Source of the DNA: Eledone cirrhosa
Lineage: Eukaryota
Length of the DNA: 64,000 nt
Assembly (NCBI GenBank): GCA_964016885.1
Contig: OZ024742.1
Span: forward strand, 221,774,001 to 221,838,000
Direction: 5' to 3'
Shown: positions 38,353 through 54,965 of the stretch, one piece after another
How the letters are laid out: every line of letters begins with the position of its first letter
Position numbering within the stretch: position 1 is the first letter of the stretch
Translations under genes and position numbers: made by a program
The notes under the pieces: model-generated
What the model was told of the DNA's origin: nothing
Seen by the model: only the letters and a program-made list of their open reading frames with translations
Databases searched by the model: none

Positions 38353-38743
38353 ATTATATCTAACACACAATACAAACTAAAAAATAGAACATCCAGTGTG
38401 TGTTATTACACCTTTGTTGGTTACAACGATAAGTGTTTCAGTTAATTCAATTGACGGAACAGCCAGCACATGAAATTAATATGCTATTACCTTTAATGTA
38501 ATTCTGAGGGTGATTCAGCGTAACACAATTTGTGACAAGGCTATAATGCATTTTTGTCAGTTGAATGGACTGGAGCAATGTGGACTAAAGTGTCTTCCTC
38601 AAGGACACTTGGGCTCTGCTGGGAATTGAACTCACTACATCATGATTGCGAACCAAACACATTAACCACTAAACCACGTCTTCACAAGTATATCCATATA
38701 CACAAACATTTTAATAATCACATTCATGTGTGTTATATATAAA

Positions 38744-39440
38744 TACTAGCAGCCTCCCGGCCTTCGCCACAGTCAGTACTGTGCTCAAATCTATTTATAA
38801 GGCACCTATTGGCATCTATCACAATGCCCATTTCTTTAAAATAAAAGATGTTAAAAGGTATTGTATGACATAATTTAAAAAAAATTATTTAGAATATCTA
38901 TTTACAGAAAGTAATAAAGAAAATAATATAAAAATATATTCTACGAAAACTATAAAACATTTACAGAATTTTGGTATATACAATGTTTTTAACTTTTTTC
39001 TTTGGAACATATATGAAGAGTTTGTAGGGGCTTCCTACTCTGAAACAACCTATACAATTGGCCATGTGAGAAACAGCTCTCTTCTAGATGGAGACCTACA
39101 ACCTGCAGTGTTTGACCTTGGGACTTGTTAATATAAACGTGCAAACACAAGACACTCTTACAAAAAATACACACTCACACATACATTCACACAAACATAC
39201 ACATACATTCATACATTCACACAAACACACACATACATTCACATACACACATACACTGCATAACAAATGAAACGCCAGCCGCTATTTTGCCATAGTTTCT
39301 TCACCACCCCTTCCTTCATTTTACACACACACACATCCACGCAGGTAGCAGATGTAATGAGAGAGGAGTAGTATGAGGTAGTCAAACTACTCTTCTCTCT
39401 TTACGTGTTGTGACAGAAACGCAGAAAATTATATATAGAA
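38744..39440 (+). mobile_element. Possible Helitron/Helentron-type non-autonomous element
   Basis: Starts ACTAGC..CCCGGC, has an internal CA-rich tract and a subterminal hairpin (39359-39400), ends TTATATATAG. Confidence 0.35.
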
Positions 39441-39799
39441 GACAAAAACAGAAGAAGAAGTGAGAGCGCCAGGCACAAGACTCGAAACGCAGAGGAAATA
39501 AATAAGACATGAGAGTGTATGATAAAGTAATCATGCAGTCTATAAAGAGTCATTAGACTAAACAAAGCGGTATACGACAGATGATAAAAACACATGCCTT
39601 GATGAGAGACATCAAAAAACAAACTTTATCATTTACTTCGGCTACTTGTGCACTTCTTAATATATATCTTAATTAATTACCAACACGAGAGCTAATTATA
39701 TGCAAATTTGTATGTCCATTTCAGGATAACACCAAGATCGAATGGGCACATATATCCATCAAATACGTGTTTCCTTGCGTTTGATAGGATGATATACAC

Positions 39800-39844
39800 G
39801 TCTTCTGATGAGAGTCCAATTAGATCTGAAAATCGATTAAAGAT
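39800..39844 (+). ncRNA. Hammerhead motif with palindromic stem III
   Basis: GUCUU-CUGAUGA-(imperfect stem II)-GAA-AAUCGAUU-A-AAGAU. Confidence 0.55.
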
Positions 39845-39990
39845 GTTTATCATTTTTTTTCAATTTACAGGAAAATTCGTATTTTCTGGCATGTTTACAT
39901 GCCTACATATTAGATATGTGTATATATCTATACACGTTGGTGCAGTCACGCTTACAGAAATAACCTGATCATACAGATCGGCTGCTAGCC

Positions 39991-40054
<64 letters not shown>

Positions 40055-40093
40055 CCCCGCCCGTCCCTTCAATCTATCTAATTTCTTATTCTT

Positions 40094-40129
40094 TCTTCTG
40101 ATGAAGGACTAGCGTCCGTAACGTTAAGA
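40094..40129 (+). ncRNA. Hammerhead-like motif, GUAA variant
   Basis: UCUU-CUGAUGA-A-GGAC-UAGC-GUCC-GUAAC-GUU-AAGA. Confidence 0.55.
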
Positions 40130-40352
40130 CCCTCTTCCCGCTATTTCAAGCGTTAACCTAATATATTCCTTCCATTATACTGTACCGATTGTGTTGTTAT
40201 TTCTGTTTACCTTTTACACACACAGACACACATATATATATGAAGATCCCGATAAGGGTGAAAGCAGCGATTCTTTGCTTAAACTTTAATCTGTTATTTT
40301 AATAAATATATATATTTCAACAGCCAGATCCGACAGCTGTTGTAGTAACAGA

Positions 40353-40416
40353 GGTCTGACGAGCTTTTCAATCCAGATCGAACCTTGAGCTGATCAATAG
40401 CGAAACGCGTGTCACC
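40353..40416 (+). ncRNA. Type I hammerhead ribozyme with canonical core and GUC site
   Basis: GGU-CUGACGA-GCU...AGC-GAAAC-GCGU-GUC-ACC. Confidence 0.72.
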
Positions 40417-40458
40417 AATCAATACACGCAATGAAGGCTTAACAAATCGCCCTTGTAC

Positions 40459-40489
<31 letters not shown>

Positions 40490-41291
40490 CCACGATAAAT
40501 TAACGGAGCCATAGACTCTCGCTATTCCCTGTCAGTAATGTGCTAAAAGGAGAAGGAATCCCGAGCTCTTTATAATACAATATGTTCGATTGATGGCGCA
40601 CTATCTCTCTCTCTCTCTAGATATTGTATTATATATATATATATATACAGTTGAAAATTGCAAACTTGACTGTCACCACACATTATGAACCTGAAGGTTG
40701 CGAAAGCATGAAAGTACTTGTTCAATTAACACTTAACATTTAATATTCTACCATACTATTTCATTCTAATACCATTATAAATTTTAAAGGATTGTAAATA
40801 AAACGAATAAATCAGACAAAGTTGGAATTCCTTTTATTAATATAATCTTCTATACACAATCATACACACCCGTGTATATTTATCTCTTTCTCTTATATAT
40901 ATATAGTATTATATATGCGTGTGTGAGTGTTTATATTTTATCATTTAAAAAGATAAACGTTTAAGTGAAGAAAATCGTATCAGTTGTAGAGGTTTGTAAA
41001 AGAACATCGACGTGGTAAGTAAATAGATATATTATCTGTGCTATCATGTGTATTTTGTTATATAGTTCAAGGTTAATAGCTTCCATAACATTATATACAA
41101 TAAATTTGCCGCTTTTCTTGTTCATCGTTATTCTGTATTTCAATCCGCTACAACTCTGTTTGCTTGGCTGGTAAGTGTTAAATTACCCTCACTTTATAAT
41201 GTTTTGCATCAGGTCCTGTCTGGAGTGAGCAGTTGTTGTTGTTGATGTGCTATATTTAGACGTTTGTGGGGCTACTATATATATATATCTT

Positions 41292-41362
<71 letters not shown>

Positions 41363-41788
41363 AATTATGTAACGAAGCGCTTATCGAATAGAATGAACAC
41401 AGTTTCGGTCGTTTTTTCTCACTCACTCAATGGTTTGATTAAGCCTGTATTATAGCATACGTAAGTCACCGAATCTATTTCAGTGATATACGGCCATGGT
41501 TCACTAACTCAATGTGATAATAAGCTTGTAGTTAAGAAACTGCATCTTAAAATGCAGGTTGCACACATTAGAGTTAGTGGGTATTATAGCAGTGTTTTGG
41601 TAAATATACCCCTGTATCATTAAAATATAAACCCAACAAACTATAGTGTATACCTATACATTAATCAATGAGAAAAACGACTTCGTATGGGTAAAAAGTT
41701 TCCCGGTCTTTTAAAAAGTTTATAAGACGCCCCCTACCCATGTGTAGCTCCTGACAATGTATGTAGATGGATGTGTGTATACATACAT

Positions 41789-41819
<31 letters not shown>

Positions 41820-42300
41820 CATACATACATATATACAGGGGCGGTGGAAGCATTTCTGAATTCGGTGGTGGGCAAATTTGGTCAATTTATTTGTAGTGAA
41901 CAGTTTAGCTGTTATCAAATATCAACCGAAATATAAAAAAAACTTCGATATGCGATAAATATAACCTGTACATAAATTGTAACGCATATACAAATAGATG
42001 TGTTTTGGGTAGTTTGAGGAGCAAAATATAATTATTGTAGGGGACCATGCCCCCAGTAGCGTGCAGAAGGGATGGGGGCATCATTTGGGGGTAAAGAACT
42101 TAATAAATTTGATTTATATTAAAATCGAATAAAGCGTTTATTTCGTTTCGTCTGTTATATATTCAAAATGTTTTCCTTTCTCATAATATTTCTCAGTATA
42201 TTAGGCCTTATACTTGAGTCTGCGGCATACAATCAAGATTTGTCCCGGGAATCACCAGAGCTCTGCACGCTGCTGACCCCCCCCCCCCCCACCCCTGGCC

Positions 42301-43253
42301 CAGGTGAATTAGCTTACAAATTTAGAAGGGCCCTAGATAAACATAAACTCAATATTAAGATAGTAGAAAGACCTGGTACCTCGATAAAAACACTTATTAG
42401 CAATACATACCCTTTTCAAAGACCTCCCTGTATAGATAAGAAATGTATAATCTGTAAATTAAGCCCCCATATTAACTGTAAAACTAGAAATGTAGTATAT
42501 AGCATAAGATGTACTGAAGGACAATGTAGAGATAAGAATATAGTGTACATAGGTGAGACAGCTCGTAGTATAGGGGTACGGATAAATGAATACTGGCGTG
42601 ACCTTCAACATAGTAAAGAATCATCTGTACTCTACCAACATGCTAAAATAGAACATAAGGGTAAATTAGAGAACATAGAAATAAAAATAGAATCTACACA
42701 CAGAAAAGATGCAATGTTTGGACAAATCACAGAGGCAATAAATATAAATGAACTCCAACCAAAATTAAATAGAAAACATGGAACAGCAACATCACAACTT
42801 ACAATTTAGGACAAAATGAAAACACACACGCACATAGAACAAACAACGAACCAGTAACATGTAAATAAACAAATAAATAAACAAATATAAACACACACAG
42901 ACACCCTGATGTAACACATGCACAAACTAAGCACACAACATTCACAAAAACAAGATGGCGTAGGACAGAACAAAGGAGAGGCACAAAAACAAAGAAAAGA
43001 ATCCCCAGTCACTGAAGAGGTCACAGAATGTGTGACGAAAGAACTTTGACAATATATAAACAATCATCTGGTTGTGGAACCAACCAACCAACCGGAAATT
43101 TATAAATTCCTAAATTTATAAATTTATTATAATAAATTGAAGTGAAAGCAACTGGTGCGTGTGTTTCTTATTGGCAACATGACCCTCCCAAAGTATAACA
43201 ATATCGATTTCAACACACGTTTTCAGATGAATCTTGCTAAACAAATTCAGAAA

Positions 43254-43256
<3 letters not shown>
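42301..43256 (+). mobile_element. Second PLE-B copy (GIY-YIG plus pLTR)
   Basis: NVVYSIRC..YIGETARS intact; colinear with 32725-33690; ends in (TA)n. Confidence 0.9.
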
Positions 43257-43333
<77 letters not shown>

Positions 43334-43348
43334 GTAGTCTATAGTAAC

Positions 43349-43384
<36 letters not shown>

Positions 43385-43388
<4 letters not shown>

Positions 43389-44270
43389 ATAAACGTGCTG
43401 CGGGGTTGCTAATGGGTTACATATGAATAAAGTTAGTCCTTCATCAGTGATCTTCCAACCATCATTGGTATTTCATCGCTTTAAAGACCATATACCTCCG
43501 GTTGGTGCGAGCAACGGCTAAAAAAAGTCGTTGGGACACGTAAATAAAGGGGACACGAGTGTAAACAAACAAAAAGGGTGAAGCAACGAAAAGTGAGGAA
43601 GAAGGAGTCAAGTCCCAAATTTCTATGAATTTAAATTCGGTGAAATCGTGAACGAGAGAGAATAAAGACCATCAAACCTGGTTGAAATGTGAGCAAGGAA
43701 GGAATTTCGCACAGGTCTAACGGGAAGAAGAAGGGGTCTAGTCTGTGAATTCGGTAAACATAAGTTCTGTGAAATCGTAAACGAGAGAGAGAAAAAATGC
43801 CGACCGGCCTGGCCAAGCGTGCGAAAGAAAAGAATTACGCACAGGTCAAACGGGAAGAAGGAGGAGGAGGAGGAGAGGTAGTAACAGAGAGTGAGTGAGT
43901 GAAGGGTGAGGAAGAGGCTAACAGAGAGAGTGACTGTTAGAGAGGGTAAAGATACAGAGAAAGAGGAAGCAGTAAGAACGAAATAGACGGGTAACAGCAG
44001 GGGCTTCATTCTTCACTTGGCGCTGCTGGCCTATCTTTCCCCAATCTCCTCCTGCCGCACCCTCATCAACGGGATCCTCCGCACCCTCATCAACGGGATC
44101 CTCCGCAAGACAACAGAACCCGACGAGGCCCGGGAACTCGAGTCAGCTCTGGCTGATTGGACTGACGAAGGCCTTGTCGTCCCTCACTGTACTGTTGTCC
44201 AACGTAACAGGGACGACGACAATGAAGGTCCACCTTCAGGGGGATTGAGTCTTCCTCGGACCAACACCGT
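43385..44270 (-). mobile_element. Unclassified repeat, probably PLE-related
   Basis: Second copy at 26852-27325; abuts (TA)n; internal 24-bp tandem duplication at ~44055-44107. Confidence 0.45.
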
Positions 44271-44462
44271 CTGTATGTTTGTGTGTATAATTATGTATGT
44301 GTGTATGTATGTATGTATGCATGTATGTATGTGTGTATGTGTGTATGTGTGTATGTATGTATGTATATATGTATGTATGTATGTGTGTATGTATGTATGC
44401 ATGTATGTATGTGTGTATGTATGTGTGTATGTATGTATGTGTGTATGTGTGTATGTATGTAT

Positions 44463-45717
44463 GAATATATCTCTTTCTCTTAATTTCGAGTATATTTTTT
44501 TGACCGGCCACCTTCGTGGTGGCAAGGTTGTAAAAGAAAAGAAATTGTCATCCCTTGAATCGCAAGAATATTTTGCAAATTTTGAAGATGCCAGCTATCG
44601 CAGCCATTTGTAGACTATGAATTAGGGAGCTGCGCTTTTTGTCCGCAAATCCAAGTTCAGTCATACTTTGGTCCAAGCGGGTTGGTATATAACCCGTAGC
44701 TCCAATAATGATGGGTATGAAGCTAAAGGTGTATCTTGGATACTGGATTTGTAAACTCCTCAACAATGGTCCGTAGATGTCCTCCTTCTCCTGTATTTTT
44801 CTGACACCGTTTACATCAAGTGGGCAGCTGATCTCCATCACAGAACACGTTTTCAATGTGTGGTCCCAAACAACAATATCAGGCCGGTTGTGCTTTAATT
44901 TGGTGGCAGTTTTTATTTCCAGGTTCCACCAGTATTCCTTAGTGCCATCTGTCTCAATATATTCTTCCTCGTTTGTTGTTAATTTTGTTTTCCGAAGTGC
45001 GTTCCAGATGGTTCTAGCTATCCCATCGTGTCTCATGGGGAGGTAGTAGCGAGATGACATTCTTTCGCAGCTGGCAACAATGTGGCTTACATCCTCGATC
45101 TTTGTTTTACATAGCCTACATTTATTGTCAGCTGATGGCCCTCCCCTTTTGTGCAGCAGATATTTGGTAGGGAGTTCTTGTTCCTGTATTGCATATTGCA
45201 TAGAGATATCCCTCAAGGTGTGATGTCATAAACTTGTCGGAACTCCATGCCAGGCTTTTTGTGTTTTACGTCTCAAGTATCCATCCACAACATTTTCTGT
45301 AAATTGGTCAATTTTTTAACTTGTTTGAACATTGAATAGGATCTTCCGATTTCTCTGGGTGAGAGATTTATATCAGGCTTTATTCCATATCTCTCCTCCA
45401 GATCAGTGGCTATTCTAATGATATATATATTTTTTCATGCTCATAAACCTGGGCAAGATGGTTGCCAACCTTTTTCCTCTGTTGAAGGTGTTGCTTCAGT
45501 GTTACTATCCGGGTCTCATATGATGTTAATATGGATTTTAGACCCCGGCCACCTTCCTTGCGTTAGAAGTATAGCCTATCCACATCACCATTGATGTTAA
45601 AGTTCCCAGTCACACTGAGAAGTTTGCGAGTTCTAACATCCATCTCACTTAGTTCTTGCAATGACCAGTTCAGCAGGCCAAATGCTGGCGTTAGAATTGG
45701 CACAGCATAAGTATTGT
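44463..45717 (-). mobile_element. R4/Dong-clade RLE retrotransposon, 5'-truncated (family 1)
   Basis: NTYAVPILTPAFG, AIQEQEL, CRLC..HIVASC, RHD, HNRPD..EISCP..EKEDIY; (TATG)n on both sides. Confidence 0.88.
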
Positions 45718-45791
45718 ATGTATGTATGTATGTATGTATGTATGTATGTATGTATGTATGTATGTATGTATGTATGTATGTATGTATGTAT

Positions 45792-46194
45792 GAGATGACC
45801 CCTTAGCCTTTGTCAAGGCAGAATTCTAGGAGAAGGAAAACCCTGATATAACACCTGCAAGCCTGATGGTATCCAATGATGTTGACTTGTTCTTCTTTTT
45901 GGTAAATATCATCTTGGTTAAGAGAGTGGGACTGGCTTTGTGCAGTGCCTTTGCTCATTATAAAAGCTTCACAGCACAGGCATTGCTTTATATCTGGAGA
46001 TCTCTCTGCACTTGTCACATGGTACCATGGGCCCAGAACTATGTGTCAATAATTGTCACAAGTGTAGTGTTTGTACCAGAGTTTTCAAGTCGCTGGCTGG
46101 ACTAAAAAGCCACACTAGTTCAGCGCATCGGTAGGGGTTCTCCTGCATGAATATAAAATAGTAGCCGTACTCGAAAACGAGTTGGCAGCCAACA
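45792..46194 (+). mobile_element. 5'-truncated non-autonomous RTE derivative (plus a 3'-tip-only copy at 46311-46346)
   Basis: Matches 52817-53222; begins directly after (TATG)n. Confidence 0.85.
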
Positions 46195-46391
46195 TATATA
46201 TGTATACATATATGTATATCTCCTTATAATATATAACCAGCAATTTCTCTGTCTGTCTGTCCGACAGTGGAAACACGTGCGCGCGTGGTTGCTATCTCTC
46301 TCTCTCCAGCTAGTGGCCGTACTCGAAAACGAGTTGGCAGCCACCATGTATGTATGTATGTATGTATGTATGTGTGTATGTATCTATGTGT

Positions 46392-47400
46392 ATGGTAAAC
46401 GACTTGGAGTGGTTGATCAGTTTGTCTACCTGGGAAGCACTCTCAATCGATACAGCAACCTTGATAGTGAAATCTCACTTAGGATTAGGAAAGCAAGTGA
46501 TGCTTTCGGAAAGCTAGAAAGGCGACTCTGGGGTCGGCGAGACATATGCAAGAAGACAAAGGTAAAGGTGTACAAGGCATGTGTGCTCTCTTCTTTATGC
46601 CTGCGAGACCTGGGTCACATATCGACACCACCTTAAGCAATTGGAGCGTTTCCATCAGCTGTGTCTCAGACGGATCCATGGCGTTCACTGGACGGACCAC
46701 ATCAGTGATATCGAGATTTTGGAAAGCTCTATGTGTGACAGTATAGAAGCTCTTGTGCTTAAGCAACGACTCCGTTGGAGTGGTCACCTTGCCAGGATGA
46801 AGGATTCTAGAATACCAAAACAACTCTTTTATGGAGAGTTAGTTAAAGAAAAACGACCGCCACATAAACCAAAAAAGAGGTATAAGGATTCCTTGAAAGC
46901 CTCTTTGAAAGACGCTAACATCTCTGCTGATACATGGGAAAATATTGCTGCTGATCGTAATAAATGGAGAAAGACTGTATATGAGGGAAAAGTTGCCTTT
47001 GAGGCATCTCGAATCGCATACGAGAAAGTAAAGCGGGATGTGAGGAAGGGCATTGCTGTTGCACTTCCAGACAGAGAGGGTCCTCTTATGGTGCTGACAT
47101 GCAGCGTCTGTGCGAGACTCTGCCTAAGCAAAGCTGGACTCGAAAGTCATCTTCGCAGTCATAAAGTAAGACCAGTGGTTGACTACCAGGCTGCTGTTGG
47201 AGATGCTACTCATCATGCTTGCCAAGCATGTGGTAGAGAATGTAAATCAGCAGGAGGGCTCAAGCGACATGCAAAAGTACATGAACTCCAACCACAGCCG
47301 ACTATTCCCAGTGATATGTTTTGGTTGCCGACTCTGTGCAAGACATTTTAGATCATTGGCTGGGCTAAAAAGCCACATTCGATCGCAGCGCTGTTAGTTG
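46392..47400 (+). mobile_element. RTE LINE 3' part with three C2H2 zinc fingers; 3' tip displaced to 52398-52452
   Basis: FVYLGSTL, LLYACETW, LRWSGHLARM..IPKQLFYGEL, CSVC..GLESH, CQAC..GLKRH, CRLC..GLKSH; the short copy at 54017-54272 shows the continuous 3' end. Confidence 0.88.
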
Positions 47401-47542
47401 CTATCGTGTGTGTGTGTGTGTATAGATATGTGTATGTGTGTGCGTGTGTGTGTATACATATATGTATATGTATATTATTATTGTTGTTGTTGTCGTTATT
47501 ATTATTGTTGTTATTATTATTATTGTTATTAATATATATGTA

Positions 47543-52382
<4,840 letters not shown>

Positions 52383-52614
52383 ATATATATATATATATTT
52401 TTTTTTTTTTCACGTGCAATGGCCATACTCGATAATGCGGGGGCAGCCATCATGTATGTATGTATGTATGTATGTATGTATGTATGTATGTATGTATGTA
52501 TGTATGTATGTATGTATGTATGTATGTATGTATGTATGTATGTACGTCTGTATGTATGTGTGTATGTATGTATGTGTGTATGTATGTATGTGTGTATGTA
52601 TGTGTGTATGTATG

Positions 52615-53222
52615 TCAGGTCACCAGTTGGTGCTACTGGTAACATGTATCCCAGTACAACCTGTCTCATGGTCGGGTCCTTGGCGACTAAACTGGCAACC
52701 GCACCAAGGTTTCTTGGTGAGGAGGGTGACTTTGGACATCCTGCAGGACTAAAAACAAAACCTGTCAAAGGGAAAAAGAGCAATTATGAGTCAATGGCCA
52801 TCCAAAATCACCGGGAGAGATGACCCCTTAGCCTTTGTCAAGGCAGAATTCTAGGAGAAGGAAAACTCTGATATAACACCTGCAACCCTGATGGTATCCA
52901 ATGATGTTGACTTGTTCTTCTTTTTGGTAAATATCATCTTGGTTAAGAGAGTGGGACTGGCTTTGTGCAGTGCCTTTGCTCACTATAAAAGCTTCACGGC
53001 ACAGGCATTGCTTTATATTTGGAGATCTCTCTGCACTTGTCGTCACATGGTACCATGGGCCCAGCACTATGTGTCAATAATTGTCACAAGTGTAGTGTTT
53101 GTACCAGAGTTTTCAAGTCGCTGTCTGGACTAAAAAGTCACACTCGTTCAGCGCATCGGTAGGGGTTCTCCTACATGGATATAAAGTAGTGGCCGTACTC
53201 GAAAACGAGTTGGCAGCCACCA
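52615..53222 (+). mobile_element. Full-length ~610-bp non-autonomous RTE derivative with (TGTA)n tail
   Basis: RTE 5'-UTR-type motif CTAGGAGAAGGAAAACTCTGA (52851-52871), terminal finger CSVCTRVFKSL.GLKSHTRSAH*, 3' hairpin CTCG-AAAA-CGAG, then (TGTA)n. Confidence 0.85.
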
Positions 53223-53384
53223 TGTATGTGTGTATGTATGTATGTATGTATGTATGTATGTATGTATGTATGTATGTTTGTATGTTTGTATGTATGTATG
53301 TGTGTATGTATGTATGTATGTGTGTATGTATGTATGTATGTATGTATGTATGTATGTATGTATGTATGTATGTATGTATGTATG

Positions 53385-53990
53385 TCAGGTCACCAGTTGG
53401 TGCTACTGGTAACATGTATCCCAGTACAACCTGTCTCATGGTCGGGTCGTTGGCGACTAAACTGGCAACCCCACCAAGGTTTCTTGGTGAGGAGGGTGAC
53501 TGGACATCCTGCAGGACTAAAAACAAAACCTGTCAAAGGGCAAAGTAGCTCTTAAGAGTCAATGGCCATCCAAAATCACCGGGAGAGATGACCCCTTAGC
53601 CTTTGTCAAGGCAGAATTCTAGGAGAAGGAAAACTCTGATATAACACCTGCAACCCTGATGGTATCCAATGATGTTGACTTGTTCTTCTTTTTGGTAAAT
53701 ATCATCTTGGTGAAGAGAGTGGGACTGGCTTTGTGCAGTGCCTTTCCTCACTATAAAAGCTTCACAGCACAGGCATTGCTTTATATCTGGAGATCTCTCT
53801 GCACTTGTCGTCACATGGTACCATGGGCCCAGCACTATGTGTCAATAATTGTCACAAGTGTAGTGTTTGTACCAGAGTTTTCAAGTCGCTGGCTGGACTA
53901 AAAAGTCACACTTGTTTAGCGCATCAGTAGGAGTTCTCCTACATGGATATAAAGTAGTGGCCGTACTCGAAAACGAGTTGGCAGCCACCA
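53385..53990 (+). mobile_element. Second full-length copy, head-to-tail with the first
   Basis: Near-identical to 52615-53222; separated from it only by (TATG)n. Confidence 0.88.
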
Positions 53991-54016
53991 TGTATGTATG
54001 TATGTATGTTTGTATT

Positions 54017-54272
54017 GCCAGTGAATGTTTTGGTTGCCAACTGTGCAAGACATTTTAGATCATTGGCTGGGTTAAAAAGCCACATTCGATCGCAGCACCG
54101 TTGATTGTTAATATATATGTGTGTGTCTGTGTGTGTGTATATGTTTGTATGTATGTTTGTATGTATGTATATATATATATTTTTTTTAAATTTAATTTTA
54201 TTTTAAAAAAATTATTATCTTTTTTTTTTTTTCGTGCAATGGCCATACTCGATAACGAGGGGGCAGCCATCA
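54017..54272 (+). mobile_element. 3' end of the zinc-finger RTE LINE
   Basis: Matches 47308-47400 and then 52398-52452. Confidence 0.8.
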
Positions 54273-54409
54273 TGTATTCTTTTATTCTTTTATTGGCTTC
54301 AGCCATTAGAAAGCGCACCATCTGAAGTAGACTTAGTTGATCCTATCGGCTTCCAGTACTTATTTTGTCGATCCTTTACACCCACCCCCCCCTCACGCGC
54401 GCACACGCA

Positions 54410-54503
<94 letters not shown>

Positions 54504-54529
54504 TGTGTATGTATCTATATTTGTGTGAA

Positions 54530-54840
54530 GACGCATGGCTTGCAATTGGGAAGGTGTGAGTTCGATTCTCGAACCGGGTGATGCGTTGGGTCCTTGAACA
54601 AGACACTTTATTTTAGGTTGCTCCAGTTTACTCAGCTGTAGTAATGAGTTGCGACGTCAGTAGTACCAAGTTGTATCGGTCATTACGTTTCTCTTGGACA
54701 ACATCGGTCGTATGGAGAGGACAGGCTGGTATGCATGGGCGACTACTGGTCTTCCACAGTAAACCTTGCCCGTGCTTGTGGTTCGGAGGGTAACTTTCTA
54801 GGTGCAAAATCATAGTCATTAGTGACCGATGGAGACCTTA
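54530..54840 (+). mobile_element. CORE-type SINE
   Basis: GAGTTCGATTC B box followed by TCCTTGAACAAGACACTTT..GCTCCAGTTTACTCAGCTG. Confidence 0.7.
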
Positions 54841-54965
54841 CGAATGTATATTTGTATGTATGTATGTATGTATGTATGTATGTATGTATGTATGTATGTA
54901 TGTATGTATGTATGTATGTATGTATGTATGTATGTATGTATGTATGTATGTATGCATGTATGTAT

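Noticed and set aside
42168-42300. Apparent signal peptide fused to a GIY-YIG nuclease (213-aa ORF)
   Set aside because: Chance read-through from flanking sequence across a poly-C junction into a truncated PLE-B copy.
44162-44185. CTGACGAAGGCC hammerhead-like start
   Set aside because: No GAAA or UH elements follow.
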